Source: Octopus sinensis
Taxonomy: Eukaryota
Direction: 5' to 3'
Assembly (NCBI RefSeq): GCF_006345805.1
Contig: NC_043000.1
Location: 33,108,001-33,172,000 of the forward strand
DNA: 64,000 nt
The notes below the pieces were generated by a model that saw only the letters and a list, made by a program, of their open reading frames with translations, did not search any database and was not told the DNA's origin. The position numbers and the translations under genes are program-made. Below, one piece after another: positions 38,395 to 52,559 of the stretch (position 1 is its first letter; the number at the start of each line of letters is the position of its first letter).

Positions 38395-38815
38395 AAGGCG
38401 GCGATCTGGCAGAAACGTTAGCACGCTGGACGAAATACTTACTGGTATTTAGTCTGCCGCTACGTTCTGAGTTCAAATTCCGCCGAGGTCGACTTTGCCT
38501 TTCATTCTTTCGGGGTCGATTAAATAAGTACCAGTTACACAGTGGGGTCAATGTAATCGACTTAATCCGTTTGTCTGTCCTTGTTTGTCCGCTCTGTGTT
38601 TAGCCCCTTGTGGGTAATAAAGAAATAGGTATTTAGTCTGCCGCTACGTTCTGAGTTCAAATTCCGCCGAGGTCGACTTTGCCTTTCATCCTTTCGGGGT
38701 CGATAAATTAAGTATCAGTTACACAGTGGGGGTCAATGTAATCGACTTAATCCGTTTGTCTGTCCTTGTTTGTCCGCTCTGTGTTTAGCCCCTTGTGGGT
38801 AGTAAAGAAATAGGT
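38395..38815 (+). mobile_element. Tandem dimeric SINE (family 1)
   Basis: A full copy followed by a head-less core plus tail, joined at aaagaaataggtattt. Confidence 0.9.
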
Positions 38816-39318
38816 ATAGAGCGGACAAGGGTTAAACAACAATATCAACTGGCGGCGGCGGCGGTGGCGACGACGGCGATGACGGCAGGACAGAAATGTT
38901 TGATAGAAAAAACTTTACGAACAATTCTTGGAGGATTGTTGGGTTGGGTGTTAAAAGCTGAAAGTTAAAAACAAAAGAATTTGGCAGAATTAACTGTAGA
39001 AAGGAATGGAATGGATTCATTAATCTACCCATCACCACCATTCCCACCACCACCATCCCCACCACCACCACCGTGCTATACACTCACCCCCCCCCCCATC
39101 ATCCCCCAAATGGAACTAAAATACGATATATCAATCAATCAATAATTGACCGAGGTTAACACGTTCCGATAGAAAGTGGATTTCAGGGGAGGCAACTCTC
39201 ACAATACTTTGATAAAAAAAATCAAAAGTTTGGTTAAAGATAAAAAAATTAAACAATTTGTTATGACTACCTATGACACCAAACTGCTACTACTACCGCT
39301 GCATGCCAATAGTAGTAA

Positions 39319-39357
<39 letters not shown>

Positions 39358-39579
39358 TAGTAGTTTAATAGTAGAAGTCGTAATAGTATTGCTTTCGTAA
39401 TAGTTCTGGTCGAGTATACCTCGTATCAAAGACAACTGCTTTGACTCTTTTGGCAATACATATCAAACTAGATTTTCCCATGCATCGTTCCTGTGTTTCT
39501 ATACACACACACACACACACAAATGTGTGTGTGCGTATGTGCGTATGTATGTGTGTATATGTGTGTGCACACGTGTATA

Positions 39580-39612
<33 letters not shown>

Positions 39613-40015
39613 TGTATGTATGTATGTATGTGCGTATGGCTGCTTTGCCTGCTAGATATAGATGATAGATCTCAAATTGGGTGTAATTTGAGATTTAGCT
39701 GTAATATCTAGTAGACAGGGCAGCCACATAGAAGCTCCTTCTATTTCTACAGTGTTGTTGTTGTTGCTGTTGCTGGTGGTGGAAATGTGAGATGATTGAA
39801 ACACCATGAGATGTAATGCGTCTCAATCTATCGTTTGATCAATATTATTCCTGATGTCATTCTATGATGGAACCAAGTCTTGAAGTCTTCTTCACTCGAG
39901 ATGTTCCTTCACGAATTGTCATTAACGTCTTCAAGAAATTTAGAAAAACATCGCAATTATTATTTCATCAGTCCTTCCCTAAAATCTCTGCACTCTGCGT
40001 AAACGTGTGCGCGTG

Positions 40016-40073
<58 letters not shown>

Positions 40074-40166
40074 TGCATGCATATGAAGGGATGATAGATA
40101 GATGCATCTGTGGACTTCTCCATGCACACTACACACACACACACACATACACATACACACACACAC

Positions 40167-40254
<88 letters not shown>

Positions 40255-40277
40255 GATATATATATATATACGCATAG

Positions 40278-40502
40278 GGTGTCGAGCTGGCAGAATCGTT
40301 AGCACGCCGGGCAAAATGCTTAGCGGTATTTCGTCTGCCGCTGCGTTCTGAGTTCAACTTCCGCCGAGGTCGACTTTCCCTTTCATCCTTTCGGGGTCGA
40401 TAAATTAAGTACCAGTTACGCGCTGGGATCGATATAATCGACTTAATCCGTTTGTCTGTCCTTGTTTGTCTCCTCTATGTTTAGCCCCCTGTGGGCAATA
40501 AA
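40278..40502 (+). mobile_element. SINE (family 1) inserted in (TA)n
   Basis: Head, core and tail all present. Confidence 0.9.
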
Positions 40503-41099
40503 TATATATATATATATATACGCATAATGAGTATATGTCGATTAGTGTGTTGAAGATGTTTTAATAAATTTTGACATGAGCGGCTTAATGCGAGACAAGG
40601 ATCACATAAATAGTGTTAGATATCCATATCTCACTGGAGGGTCATGTCGTACCCTAGTCCATATCACATCCTAGATATCACACGACCTACCCGTGATGAA
40701 TTAAAAATTTTGGGTATTTTCTATTGGCAAGTAGAATATTTTTCAAACCCTTCCGTTTCTATTGGAAAATATACCAATTTTTTCAAAAAGAACTATTTTT
40801 TGTTTCAATGGCAAATAAAATTTTCTCACTACTCAATCTTTTATTTTAACTCATTACATGGTGAAATCAGAAGGAAAACGAAAAAAAGAAAATAATATAA
40901 AAAATCCACAAAAAATTGTTCTCAGTGTAATAAAAGCACAAACCAAAGCAATCGGAGCATTCCAGCTCTCAGAAAGTCCATGTGAAAGAAATTTAAAAAC
41001 GAGTAGCTGGTGGGTCGTGTGACATTCGTTAACATACCACCACGACCCACCGGCAGGACGTGTGGGAGCTAATGTGTTAAATGACTATGAAACAGTTTA

Positions 41100-41345
41100 G
41101 ACAAAAATGAACGGGGGTTTCGTAAGCTGATGATGTTGCCATGGCTGTGAGATTGCAGCAAGGCAAAGTGTCGTAGAATGATGGGTGCCAGTGTCCTGTT
41201 TCTTCACGACAAAGACTACCATTCGTGAAAATAGTTTTGAAGAAATATTCCATCAAGCCTATTTTCGCAAACCTTAATCCATACGATTTTCATTTGTTTC
41301 GAAATCTGAAATACAATTTCAAGGCAGACAATTTTCCTGCAATGA
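41100..41345 (+). mobile_element. Mariner transposase fragment
   Basis: KPIFANLNPYDFHLFRNLK resembles the mariner PYSPDLAP.DF.LF..LK motif. Confidence 0.55.
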
Positions 41346-42001
41346 ACGTGGAAAAGAAAAGAATTGTCTATGTAAATGACAAAAACGTAGAAAAATGTTT
41401 AAGGCCAATTTGGAAAGACATCAAATATTTGGCCAGAGGAAAAAGATACGCAACTGTTGAAGTGAGGATGTCAACAGTGGAACAGGCGCAAAAGTGTTCG
41501 ATGGAGCCCCTGCGAACGGATGAGGTGGTACTGTTGCCGAATTATATGGGGAGGATTACCTCCCGAATAAAGATAAGCTGTGTACCACCGGAGGTGAATG
41601 CCGAATGGCTAATAGCGGCAGTACTGTACGACTTAGAGGAAGAAACCACACTTCTTTCTGCGGAAGTAACAGAAGACAAGGTCTGGCTTGGACAGACAAT
41701 AAAAATGCTGATCCAAGCAGAGCCTATGACCCTAGAAAAAATTCCAGAGGTCATAGATACAATGGATACGAAGTTAGTAGTCACGGTGGAAGGTAGAAAA
41801 CCCAGATGTTTTAAATGTGGAAAGAAGGGCCATGTTAGGTCCGAATGCAAGATTGGTGAAGAAAAAGAAAAAGAGGAGAACAACAATGAAGAAGACTCGG
41901 AAGACGAAACTACAGAGAATGGAAAAACAGAAGAAGAAAGCACAGAAGAAGAAAATGAGAGCGAAAATAAAGAAGAGACGGAGTGGGAGATAAGCTGGTA
42001 G
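41346..42001 (+). mobile_element. Tx1/L1-like ORF1 (gag-like) remnant
   Basis: VTVEGRKPRCFKCGKKGHVRSEC CCHC knuckle followed by an acidic tail. Confidence 0.75.
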
Positions 42002-42779
42002 CAAAAGGAAGATTAAAATATATATAAAATAATTGGCAAAAATGCCAACTCAAAGAAGACATGGAAAAACCAAAAAAATCAAAAACAAAAGAAACAAGAG
42101 AAAAAGAAGTTCTGTATATGGCGGTTCGAACCTCAAACTCGGGGTTAATGAGCCGAATACAAAGTAACAAAACAAACTAAAAAGAACTGAATGCAAAAAT
42201 GGTAAAGACGGGTTTGAAGTATGCCACGTAGACAGAACGTTTTACAACGTTCTAGCAAATGACTATCGGAGCGATGTTGGCCCGATGAGGTGGGATATTT
42301 CAGACCATCTGTATGAAGGCTTACTTAAAACGACTCCACGAAGACACAGAAGATGGAATATACGAGAATATATTATTAATCACAACAATTGTTTCGACAC
42401 ATCTAGCATCGACTCCTCTTGTGGGACACACAAAAATTAGTTCAGGAGTATCCAGTGGTGCAGACGTATCTCATCGGATGATAAATAAATAAAAAAAACC
42501 TCGTTAAAATGACAGTTACATAATGCAACTTTCCGTTTTGTAGAGAGAAAAACAGCCAGACGGAGGAAAATTCTTCATATATATAGAAGAGCCAAAGAAT
42601 GTCAATTGCAGAAGACAAAAAGAGAAACGAACACTTAATCCGGCGAGAAAAGTATTGAAAATAATCGTTAACAGATATGGATGCATAAACGCATTTCCTA
42701 ATCGAAGTTGGATGTAGAGAGTTTTTAAATGTCGCTCATTATGCAGTAAGTTAAAAGTGTGTTTTTTGGTCGTACGGGA

Positions 42780-44242
42780 AAAGTCAGTCGGCTTGCAACT
42801 CGGCACCTGGAGGGGCAAGTCGATGCCTTCGGATAGCGTCGTGGGACGTTGGACGGAGGGACCGGTTAAGCTGCTAGGAGTTTGGTTTGGACCAGACCTC
42901 CAGGTAGAAAAGGACTGGGTAGAGGTATCGAGAAAGGTGACCTGCATAGTCAAGACCTGGCCTTGGAGGTGGCTATCCTTGAAAGGGAGGGCGGAGGTGG
43001 CCAATGTGTTTATCGTATCGGTCATCATTTACAGCCTAACCGTCGTGCCCTGTTCCGGTTCGTGGTTGAGCAAGTTGGAGAGGTAGATCTTCCGTTTTTT
43101 GCGGAAGGACACCACTGCTATTGTGAGGCGTTCTATCTGCTGCCAGAAGCCGTTAAATACCTTGGCTGTTGATGCGCAAACATGCGCTGAGGTTAAGGCA
43201 TCTTTGGCTACACCTGAATGGTGAACAGGTGTGGTCTCTGCTCGTGAAACGGATGTTTCTCAGGTTCACTAGTTTTAGTGGACAAGAAAGCTGGTTCATT
43301 CGTAGATCGAGGTTGGGTACATGGTTTACGGAGTGCCTTAAAGCACTCATACAGTTCCATCGCTCGGGTAATGCCAGCGGTTTTGGTACCACCACATCTT
43401 TCTATAGCAGGTTGGTAGTGGCTGGGAACGACGATACCCAAGAGGAGACCCTAGATCTCGGAGATAACCAGTTAGACAGTCTGTTCCGAAGGACATTCGG
43501 GCCGGGGTGTTTGGATAATTTCCAAAAATCCCTGGCCTGGCAATGTTACCGAGGAGCATTGCCTATTCGGGATAAGCTCGCACGACACGGTCGAACTAGT
43601 ACTGCCGACTGTCCAAGATGCGGAAAGGATAGGGAAACCGTCCTGCACGCTATTGTTTAGTGTCCGGGAGTGTCTGAAGTGTGGGCTTATGCAGAACATC
43701 TGCTGTCAGGTTCGGGAAGAGTACAGCTGTCGTCTGAGTCAATCGTAAAAATTGACCCACCGGATTTTCTCACGAAAGAAGGTAAGCAATGTTTTCTCGC
43801 AGTAGTAGCAATGGCGAAAGAGGTGATATGGAAGCCGCGAATGAAAGGTTTGGCGACAGGCAACCTCATCTCCGGTCACGGGTTGGTGAGATTTTTTATC
43901 TTCCACCTTAAAAGGAAGGTGAGGCTGGAGAGAAGATGCCTGCCAAAGAAAATGTTCAAAGAAAGATGGTTGCATGTTGCGAGGGTGCTGGGAATGAAAG
44001 ATTCCTCGTGAACATGTCATAAGTCTGCATACAAAGGTTCCTGTAGGAGAATGGGGCTCGTGGGGTCGGAGCGTAACCCATCTCTCTGCTTCATTTCATG
44101 TTTGTATTTTGTCTTTGTTGTATCTCATTAAATTTCATTAGATTTTATATAATTTTAAAAGTCATATAATCATTGTGTGTCTGACCCCAATCAGGTTGTA
44201 TTGTCCCCCTTTATGTTTGGGCCCTTGTGGCTAATAAAGAAA
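42780..44242 (+). mobile_element. Tx1/L1-like ORF2 3' remnant and 3' UTR
   Basis: VKLLGVWFG, WRWLSLKGRAEVAN and CPRCGKDRETVLHAIV*C (zf-RVT-like), with stops and frameshifts. Ends cccttgtggctaataaagaaa. Confidence 0.85.
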
Positions 44243-44479
44243 CAGGATGTATGAACGCCCTTGGGCAAGCTGCATACCACTAGTACACAAGCATTAGCAA
44301 AAATGTGAGCATACGCACACGAGAGGTTAGGCGCACTCATGATTACAAAGCGAGTTAGATATTTAGTAGGTGTGTAGAAGAACGGAGAGGTTTAAAGTAA
44401 AATTGTCAGCGATACCTTAAAGTAATATAAAATACAATTATACTAAGTTAACGGTTACTCAAAATTCATTCTCACTGTA

Positions 44480-44890
44480 TTGTGCGAAAGTACATTTATA
44501 TGCGTGTAGGCATCTCGATAGTCTTTCAGAAATTCTATTAAGTATCTTTTCGTTAGTTCACAGAATAGACAGGGATTCATCGGAGCAGAGACGGCATCTC
44601 CTGGAAATTGCACTGAATGGTTTTGCATGTCTAACTACGGACCAAGAAATGTATTTTGTATTAGCCTCCATCAGTCGCCATATAAAATCTGCCAAAGATG
44701 TTGAATGTCTCTTATTGATTGACCTAAAGCTGGCAACATGATTATAACAACGATTCTTAAATGAATCAGCCGTCTGCCCAATGTAAACATAGAGCCTTCT
44801 CCTTGAGTGCATGGTACATTTATATACAAGAGTTGTACTCAAACAGAGATTCATCAAAGGACATTTTTATTTATTTCTGCATGAGCATTT
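44480..44890 (-). pseudogene. Penelope-like GIY-YIG endonuclease remnant
   Basis: LVYKC...YVYIGQTADSFKNRCYNHVASF...TSLADFIW...CRLCSDE...LNRISE...CLH. Confidence 0.8.
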
Positions 44891-46093
44891 ATCGTTTTTA
44901 TTTGTACATAAAGCAACCCTGACTCCATTTACCGGCGTTGTTATCGTGCTAGCTGTATCATGAGTATTTCTACTACTACAAATTGGTCGAAGTTGATGAT
45001 TATCCATGCGTTTTACATCTCCTTGGTTGGCATTTCGATGTAAATGGTTGCTAGATCCAGTAGGTGTGTGTGTGCGAGCGCGTGTGTATGTGTGTACTTG
45101 CGTCAGTGTGTGTGTGTGTACATATACATATACATACCTTCATAGCGGTAAGTGTGGGACACGAATGGCAGCCCGTCGCACACACACACACACACAGACG
45201 CAAGTACACGCATACACACGCGCTCGCACACACGCATTGACGTTGAAACTTCAAATGCCACTGTGATAGAGTTCTGCACAGTCCATGTCAGCAAAAGCAA
45301 TGGTCAACACAAAGCAATCATAGAGGCCAGTTTATCATGCAATGAGATCGAACCAAGGATCACATAGTTACTAAACAAACATCTTACCCACCCACCCTCC
45401 AGCCAGCCAGCCAGCCAGCCAGGGAAACGTCAAAAACCAACTTGCATAGTGTTCAATCAACTTAATCAAAGCTAAATCATTTCCTGCTTCGCATCGACAG
45501 CAGCAAATACTGTCTTTTTTGGTGAGGTGGGGTGGGGTGTCTAGGAGGAGATTTTTTATCAAATCGCAAAAGAATTTGAATCAATTCCGAAAACACCGCG
45601 CAGACTAACAGAATTGAAAATATAATTGAATTACATATTTGAGATTAAAATCACTGCTTCCCTCTCTACCAACCTGTCAGTATACATATAGACACACTCA
45701 AACACACAGGTCGATACAGTATCATGATTAATTAGTACAGAATGGATTGAATTCGCTGCTCCATTGCAATCACTTGTTCATCAGTTGGATGATACCAGGA
45801 TGGTGTTGGAACTTAAGAAGACAAGAAGAATTGTGTTTTTGCTTTTTTTTAGTTTTGAGATTTTAATTTGTTGATTGGTAAACGAAGGAAATATAGAAAA
45901 TGGCGTCAAAATAATAGAAACAACTACACAAACATATATATATATACACACACACATATATATATATGCGTGTGTATGTCAATATGTATATATGTGCAAA
46001 CACGCACGCATACACACATACATATCAATTGAGGAATGTCTTCCATCTCACTATTTGGTTTGACTTTATCGTTACAACTGATATATGTGTGTG

Positions 46094-46125
<32 letters not shown>

Positions 46126-46516
46126 ATACATGGATGTGTATGTGTCGTACACACACACACACACACACATACACACCGGTTTGCAAAATTCTTGATGCGA
46201 GCTTGTGTGTCGAAACGTATTCTTTTTGTATTTCGGGACGGTCATTATACCATTAGAAACACACGCATTGGCTCTGTTTTACTTGTCATTGTCAATTGGT
46301 TTTAACGAATTCACTAACCAATCGCTTGATTAATGGTTCAGTCCATCGATCAATCAGCCGGGTTTGTCAATAACCTCTCGTCATTCTTCGAAACTTCAGT
46401 GACATGTCCTCTTTCACATCCATTCTTAAGAGGTAGGAGGAGTGGTGGGGACCAAGTAGCTGAATAATGTGCGTGCGCATGTATGGATGTGCATGTGCGT
46501 GTGTGTGCACATGTGC

Positions 46517-46588
<72 letters not shown>

Positions 46589-46595
46589 CTATATA

Positions 46596-46631
<36 letters not shown>

Positions 46632-46654
46632 AAATAATAATAATAACAATAATC

Positions 46655-46862
46655 CTTTCTACTGAAGACACAAGGCCTTGAATTTTGGGAGAGGGGAGTA
46701 ATCGATTATATCGACACCAGTGCGTAACTGGTACTGAATTTATCGACTCCGAGAGGATGAAAGGCAAAGTCGAAATCGGTGGAATTTGAACTCAGAACGT
46801 AGCGGCAGACGAAATACCGCGAAACATTATGCCCGGCGTGCTAACGATTCTGCTAACTCGAC
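46655..46862 (-). mobile_element. SINE (family 1) with the alternative tail
   Basis: Core match, with tail ccttgtgtcttcagtagaaaggattatt. Confidence 0.85.
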
Positions 46863-46897
46863 GACTTAACAATAAACAACAACAACACAACAACAAC

Positions 46898-46949
<52 letters not shown>

Positions 46950-47025
46950 TAATGATAATAATTTCTGAAGCAACGAGACGATGGATTTGGAATTGAAGTT
47001 ATTCTGTACATGTATATGTGTGTGC

Positions 47026-47097
<72 letters not shown>

Positions 47098-47242
47098 GAA
47101 TGGGCTTGCGTGCACCTGTAAATGTGTACGCGTTTACGCACGTACATGTAAATAGACACACACACAGACACACACACAGACACACACACACACACACACA
47201 ACACACACAAACACACACAAACACACACACACACACACCACA

Positions 47243-47285
<43 letters not shown>

Positions 47286-47534
47286 CATACGTATGAACAT
47301 GTATTTAGAATTGCATAAAAGTATTTTATAAAGTGTGTGTTCGTACAAAAGTGTGTATAGTATCTAGGTATAGAGAAGAGAGATGGAGAGAAAAGAGGAA
47401 AGAAAGAGATCTGGAATGAGACTACACACACACACACACACACACTCTCACACACACACAACACACAAACACACACACACACACCACACACACACACACC
47501 AAACACACACACACCACACACCACACACACACAC

Positions 47535-47574
<40 letters not shown>

Positions 47575-47854
47575 TATACACTAATTTATAATTACTTAAA
47601 ATAACTATATTGAAGGATTAGGGTTAATGGAATACAGAAGTGGATTTTTGCGCCTTTTGGCGTCTATTTCTAGCGTGTTGATGGGGATTTATCCACACCC
47701 TTTAATATAATTATTTTTTATTAGTATGAATTAGTATAAAATGTTACCTACAAGGTTTTTATTTCACGTTGGCCACTTGATAAAATCATCAATGTGATTT
47801 TATCCTTAATTTTATGATTATATATATGATATATATGTATAATAATGTATATAT

Positions 47855-47918
<64 letters not shown>

Positions 47919-47928
47919 TATATATGTA

Positions 47929-47971
<43 letters not shown>

Positions 47972-48083
47972 GTATATATATGTATATATATATATATATT
48001 GTGTGTGTGTGTATATAATGTATATATATATATATATATATATGTATAATATGTATTGTATGTATGTATGTATGTATGCAGTA

Positions 48084-48292
48084 TACGAGGTGGGGACACA
48101 AAAGTTCCTGACTTTGGATAAAAACGAAATATAGGTGGGTATGAGTAGAAATAATTTCATTGAAGATATTTCCTTCTCGAATTCACACACTTATTGCAAT
48201 GGCCCTTCAATTTTTCTAAACCCTGTAAAAAACCTCGGAAGTTTGGGCCTCAAGCCAGGCCTTTCGCGATACCTTCAAAGCCATGAACTTTT
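48084..48292 (-). mobile_element. Probable mariner terminal fragment
   Basis: TA-TACGAGG TIR-like start and a mariner-like transposase C-terminal remnant. Confidence 0.45.
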
Positions 48293-48974
48293 CTGTACAT
48301 CCACATACACACAGTACATATAGGGTGTTTAGTGGAATCCAAGCGAATGCGTCAGTCAGTAATCATACACACACATGCATGCATGCTTACTCACACACAC
48401 ACACATACACGCAAGCATACGTGTGTGTGTTGTTTAAACGCCATTTGCTGCGAAAATGGCCTTCCGGGCAAGATCCCTACACGACGCTGAATGTTAACGA
48501 ATACTGGTTGTCCCAAACCAGACGAGAGAACTACTCCCGTAGTGATTGAAAATGACAGATATCATATTTCGCCGTTATTGTTGCTTATCAATCCCATGTA
48601 ATCGGATCAGCTGGAAACAAAAAATGAATCGGTGTCTACCATTCTCGATCCCTTCCGTGCGAGTTGTCTCTGCGTTTTGAATACTCGGCGTCGAGTTGGG
48701 AGCTTTCTTTGGACGCTATCCCGCAGCAGATTGTCCTTTAAACAAAACACACACACTATATATGTGCGACCGATTATGCCTAAATTGCTGGAGCTGCCTT
48801 AAATTCGCAATTTAATTTTCTTTCGCATCAACTCGCAACCGGCCGGCAAATAAGCAAGGCTCATACATTGAGTATGTGTACTCGATAATGTTCATATCAA
48901 CTGTCATAATGCAGAAATGTTCCCCTAATGATCCGTTTTGACCCAGCATCCAGTTGCACTCGGGTCATCCAATG

Positions 48975-49360
48975 GATCTGTAGTCTTCGAATTTGCTTTC
49001 TTCTTTCTGGTTTTACGAAGCCTAATTTCTCAAGATTGGTATGGTATTTAGGCAGTGTGTTACATATCCCAGGTCTCCATTAATTACAGGTATAAACCTC
49101 AACTTGTAATCTGCAGATTTCTCAATAGTTCAGCATAGGTGTTCTCTTTTTCACTGATGTTAACATCCACTGAGCAGCTAATTTCCACAACTGTACACAG
49201 TTTCTCTTCTCTATCCCAAATCATTATATCAGGTCTGTTTTGCTTATATTTCATTAAGGTCTTCACTGGGACATTCCTTTTTATTATGAATGGCTATGGC
49301 TTCTACCATATTGCGGGTTCTTATTTCTTTGTCTTCGCGGTTATCCCTCCGACAGATTTC
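48975..49360 (-). mobile_element. RLE non-LTR fragment (same family as 1035-2072)
   Basis: Nucleotide match to 9520-9810 and 1700-1920. Confidence 0.8.
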
Positions 49361-50000
49361 ATGTTGTGTGTGTTTGTGTGCGCGTGCGGTGAGTGCGTGT
49401 GTATGTGCGTGCATGTGTTGTAGAAATAAATAGAAAAAAAGCAAAGGGAGAGGGGTGAGAAGAAACAAAAAAAAGAAGTGCAAAGTGAGAGAGCAAGAAA
49501 TATATTGGTAAAGGAGGTGGTTAAGGGGGGTGAATTTGCAAAGGAGCATTTGGGCAGAATACGTTTGGCGTATTTAGTTAAAATGCATTATGTTCCGGTT
49601 TCAAACCCTACCAAGGTCAGCTTTGCCTTCTATACATCTCGGGGTCGATAAGATATACTACCAGTCAATTACTGGAGTCAATGAAATCGTCTAACTAGCT
49701 CGCACCATATTTTTTAGATCCTGTGATTATAATTGAGGGAAAACATGAAAATAGCAGCTACGACTGGTTTGTATATTTTAAGTGAATAGTCTATGTGGAT
49801 GATGGAGGAAAGAGAACGAGACTTGTTTGAGGAGCAAACGGTAACGCGGTACATCAGAGGTTCATGAAAACCATAAAGAAAATCTGCTTCCATTCTAAAT
49901 ATTTCATTTACAGCTTCGATTTTCAGTACTGAAATACACACGCAACCCTCTCCCGCGCTCCCCCGACACACGCATGTGTATGTGTGTGTGTACACGCGTG

Positions 50001-50039
<39 letters not shown>

Positions 50040-51726
50040 ATATATATATATATATAAAGATATATAAATGTATAAATATGTTTAGATATATACACACAGA
50101 CATATATATGTGAAATATGAATAGGTATGTATCAATACACATTGTTCATATGCATATATATATTATGTATATACACATGTATATTATACTTATATGTATG
50201 TATATATTAACATTCATAAACACACACGCATGCACACACACACACACTCACGTGCACGCACGCACATACATCCACACATATATAGAAAAACGTGCGCAAT
50301 CTCTCTGTAACAGTGGAGCGACATTCATAATTTATTGAAGACATTATTCAGCTGACATCTTTACAAAGATTCTCGCTGTCGTATGTGCGCGCGCGCAGAC
50401 ACACACACACACCACATCACATCACACCACATCACACAATGCATACAATACACTACACAATTTTTCTCCTTGAAGGCAACAGCTAGCAGTGTGTATAAAT
50501 GTTTAATTAGAAAAGCTGCAACCGAAACTTGGCCATTAGCTTCTCTGGCAGCAGAACTCTCCATACATTTGCCATAGTTGATCCATGTCGCTCAAACAAG
50601 CAGAGAAATTCTTTATTTCTTGACGTGCTCTCTCTTCTTCTGTAGATGGATGGAGGCATGGATGGATGGATGCGTGTAAGTGTATATGTGCGTGTATGTA
50701 TAGCCAAGTAGTTAGTGATTGTGTGGTTGTTATGGCATTGCACAGAGTATCGCTGGACCGTGGTTTCAGTTCTTGGACCGGGTAGCGCAATGCCTTCTTC
50801 AGCAGAACTCTTCATCTCGCGTTTCCTGCGACCTCTTCGACGCCTGGCGCGTGGCACACCAACCACCTGTTCAGGTAACGTCAATATGATGGAGGGAACG
50901 AGCTAATGTGTGGCACGTGCATTTGACCACTATAAGCAAATCAATTGTGTGCAAGAAAGTGCAGGGTCGTTTTTCTCGGGACTACGAGAAACTGCCATCC
51001 TATCTATGTGCTCGAAACGCGGAGTAGAGAAAACAGGGGACAACTGATAAAGGGATTGATCTTTATGTTGCCCGTGTCCTTTCTTTATTTGTTTCTTTCG
51101 TTGTTCGAAAAAAAGTTCGTTTTCTATGTTTTTGGTTTTTATGTTCTCGTTTTTCCTTTTGTTCACGTTTTTTGACGTCCTGTATCCATATATGCATGTT
51201 ATATAGATAGATATAGTAGTAGTATATATATGTATGCATGTACAATATATATATATATATTATATAGGGATATATATATTATATATAATATATATATATA
51301 TATATTATATATATAATATATATATATATATATGTTTGTATATCAGTAACTTTATTTCAAATTTTCTTACCAATAGAGAAAGAACTGGTTTCTAACCTAG
51401 ATCTAAGGCTCTTTCAATGGAATTTTAACATCAACAACAGGGTATTTTTGTATGCATGTATGTGCAGATTTGTCTGTATGTATGCATGCAAATATGTCAA
51501 TACGCACATGTGTATTTCCAGTTTCTTTTCTTGTTAAGTTTTCTTCAAACATCTCGTATAAAAAAAAGCCCTGTTCTTGTAGAAAGATCTATAAATCCAT
51601 TATAATTTCGTTATAATTTTTTAAACCCTCATCTATATATATATGGATGAATGTGATATAGTATATAGATATATATATAGATATAGATAGATTATATATA
51701 TATAATAATATATATAGAATATATAT

Positions 51727-51758
<32 letters not shown>

Positions 51759-52387
51759 GTATATATAGTATCTATATATATATCTCTATATATGTTATAT
51801 ATACTATACACCCATATTATGTAATCATATACCTATACATACATTTAGATACATATATATGTACGATATATACATATACATACATATATGTATAAAAATT
51901 ATATATAAAAATTACAAAAGGGGACAAGAACGCAAACCACACAAAGAGATGACACAAAAAAACAGACCTAATCTTCAGTCGGGAACCAGATCATCTTAGC
52001 AATTTCGGCTGATTAATCCTGATATCGCTCCGATCTGGCCAGCCACAAGGAAAAACTAAGCTACGAGCATTAGATTTCTTGGGAAAAGGATCGAATGTAT
52101 GCGAAACAAAGACAGAAAACCGGACGATGCCACACGAATATAAATACAAGAAACGAAAATAAAAATAAAAAACAGGAATAGTAATAACAGGACAAAAACA
52201 GCGGGTGTCTTACGACTTCAGACAATTTAACTTATCTTGGCTGGCGTATACATACATATATATATATACATATATGCATATATATGTATATATATTCATA
52301 CATATATACATACCTATATATATATATATGTGTATATATGTATATATATATATGTGTATGTGTATGTATATATATATATATGTTGTG

Positions 52388-52440
<53 letters not shown>

Positions 52441-52559
52441 TATATATATGTATGTGTGTGTATGTATATATATATATATATATAGATATATATGGGTACG
52501 TGTTGTGTGTATGTAGATATATATAAATATATATAAGGCCCTAATGCTATAACGTTCCC

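Noticed and set aside
48421-48756. Element bounded by gtgtgtgttgtttaaa / tttaaacaaaacacacac inverted ends
   Set aside because: The arms are mostly (GT)/(AC) microsatellite and no TSD is evident.
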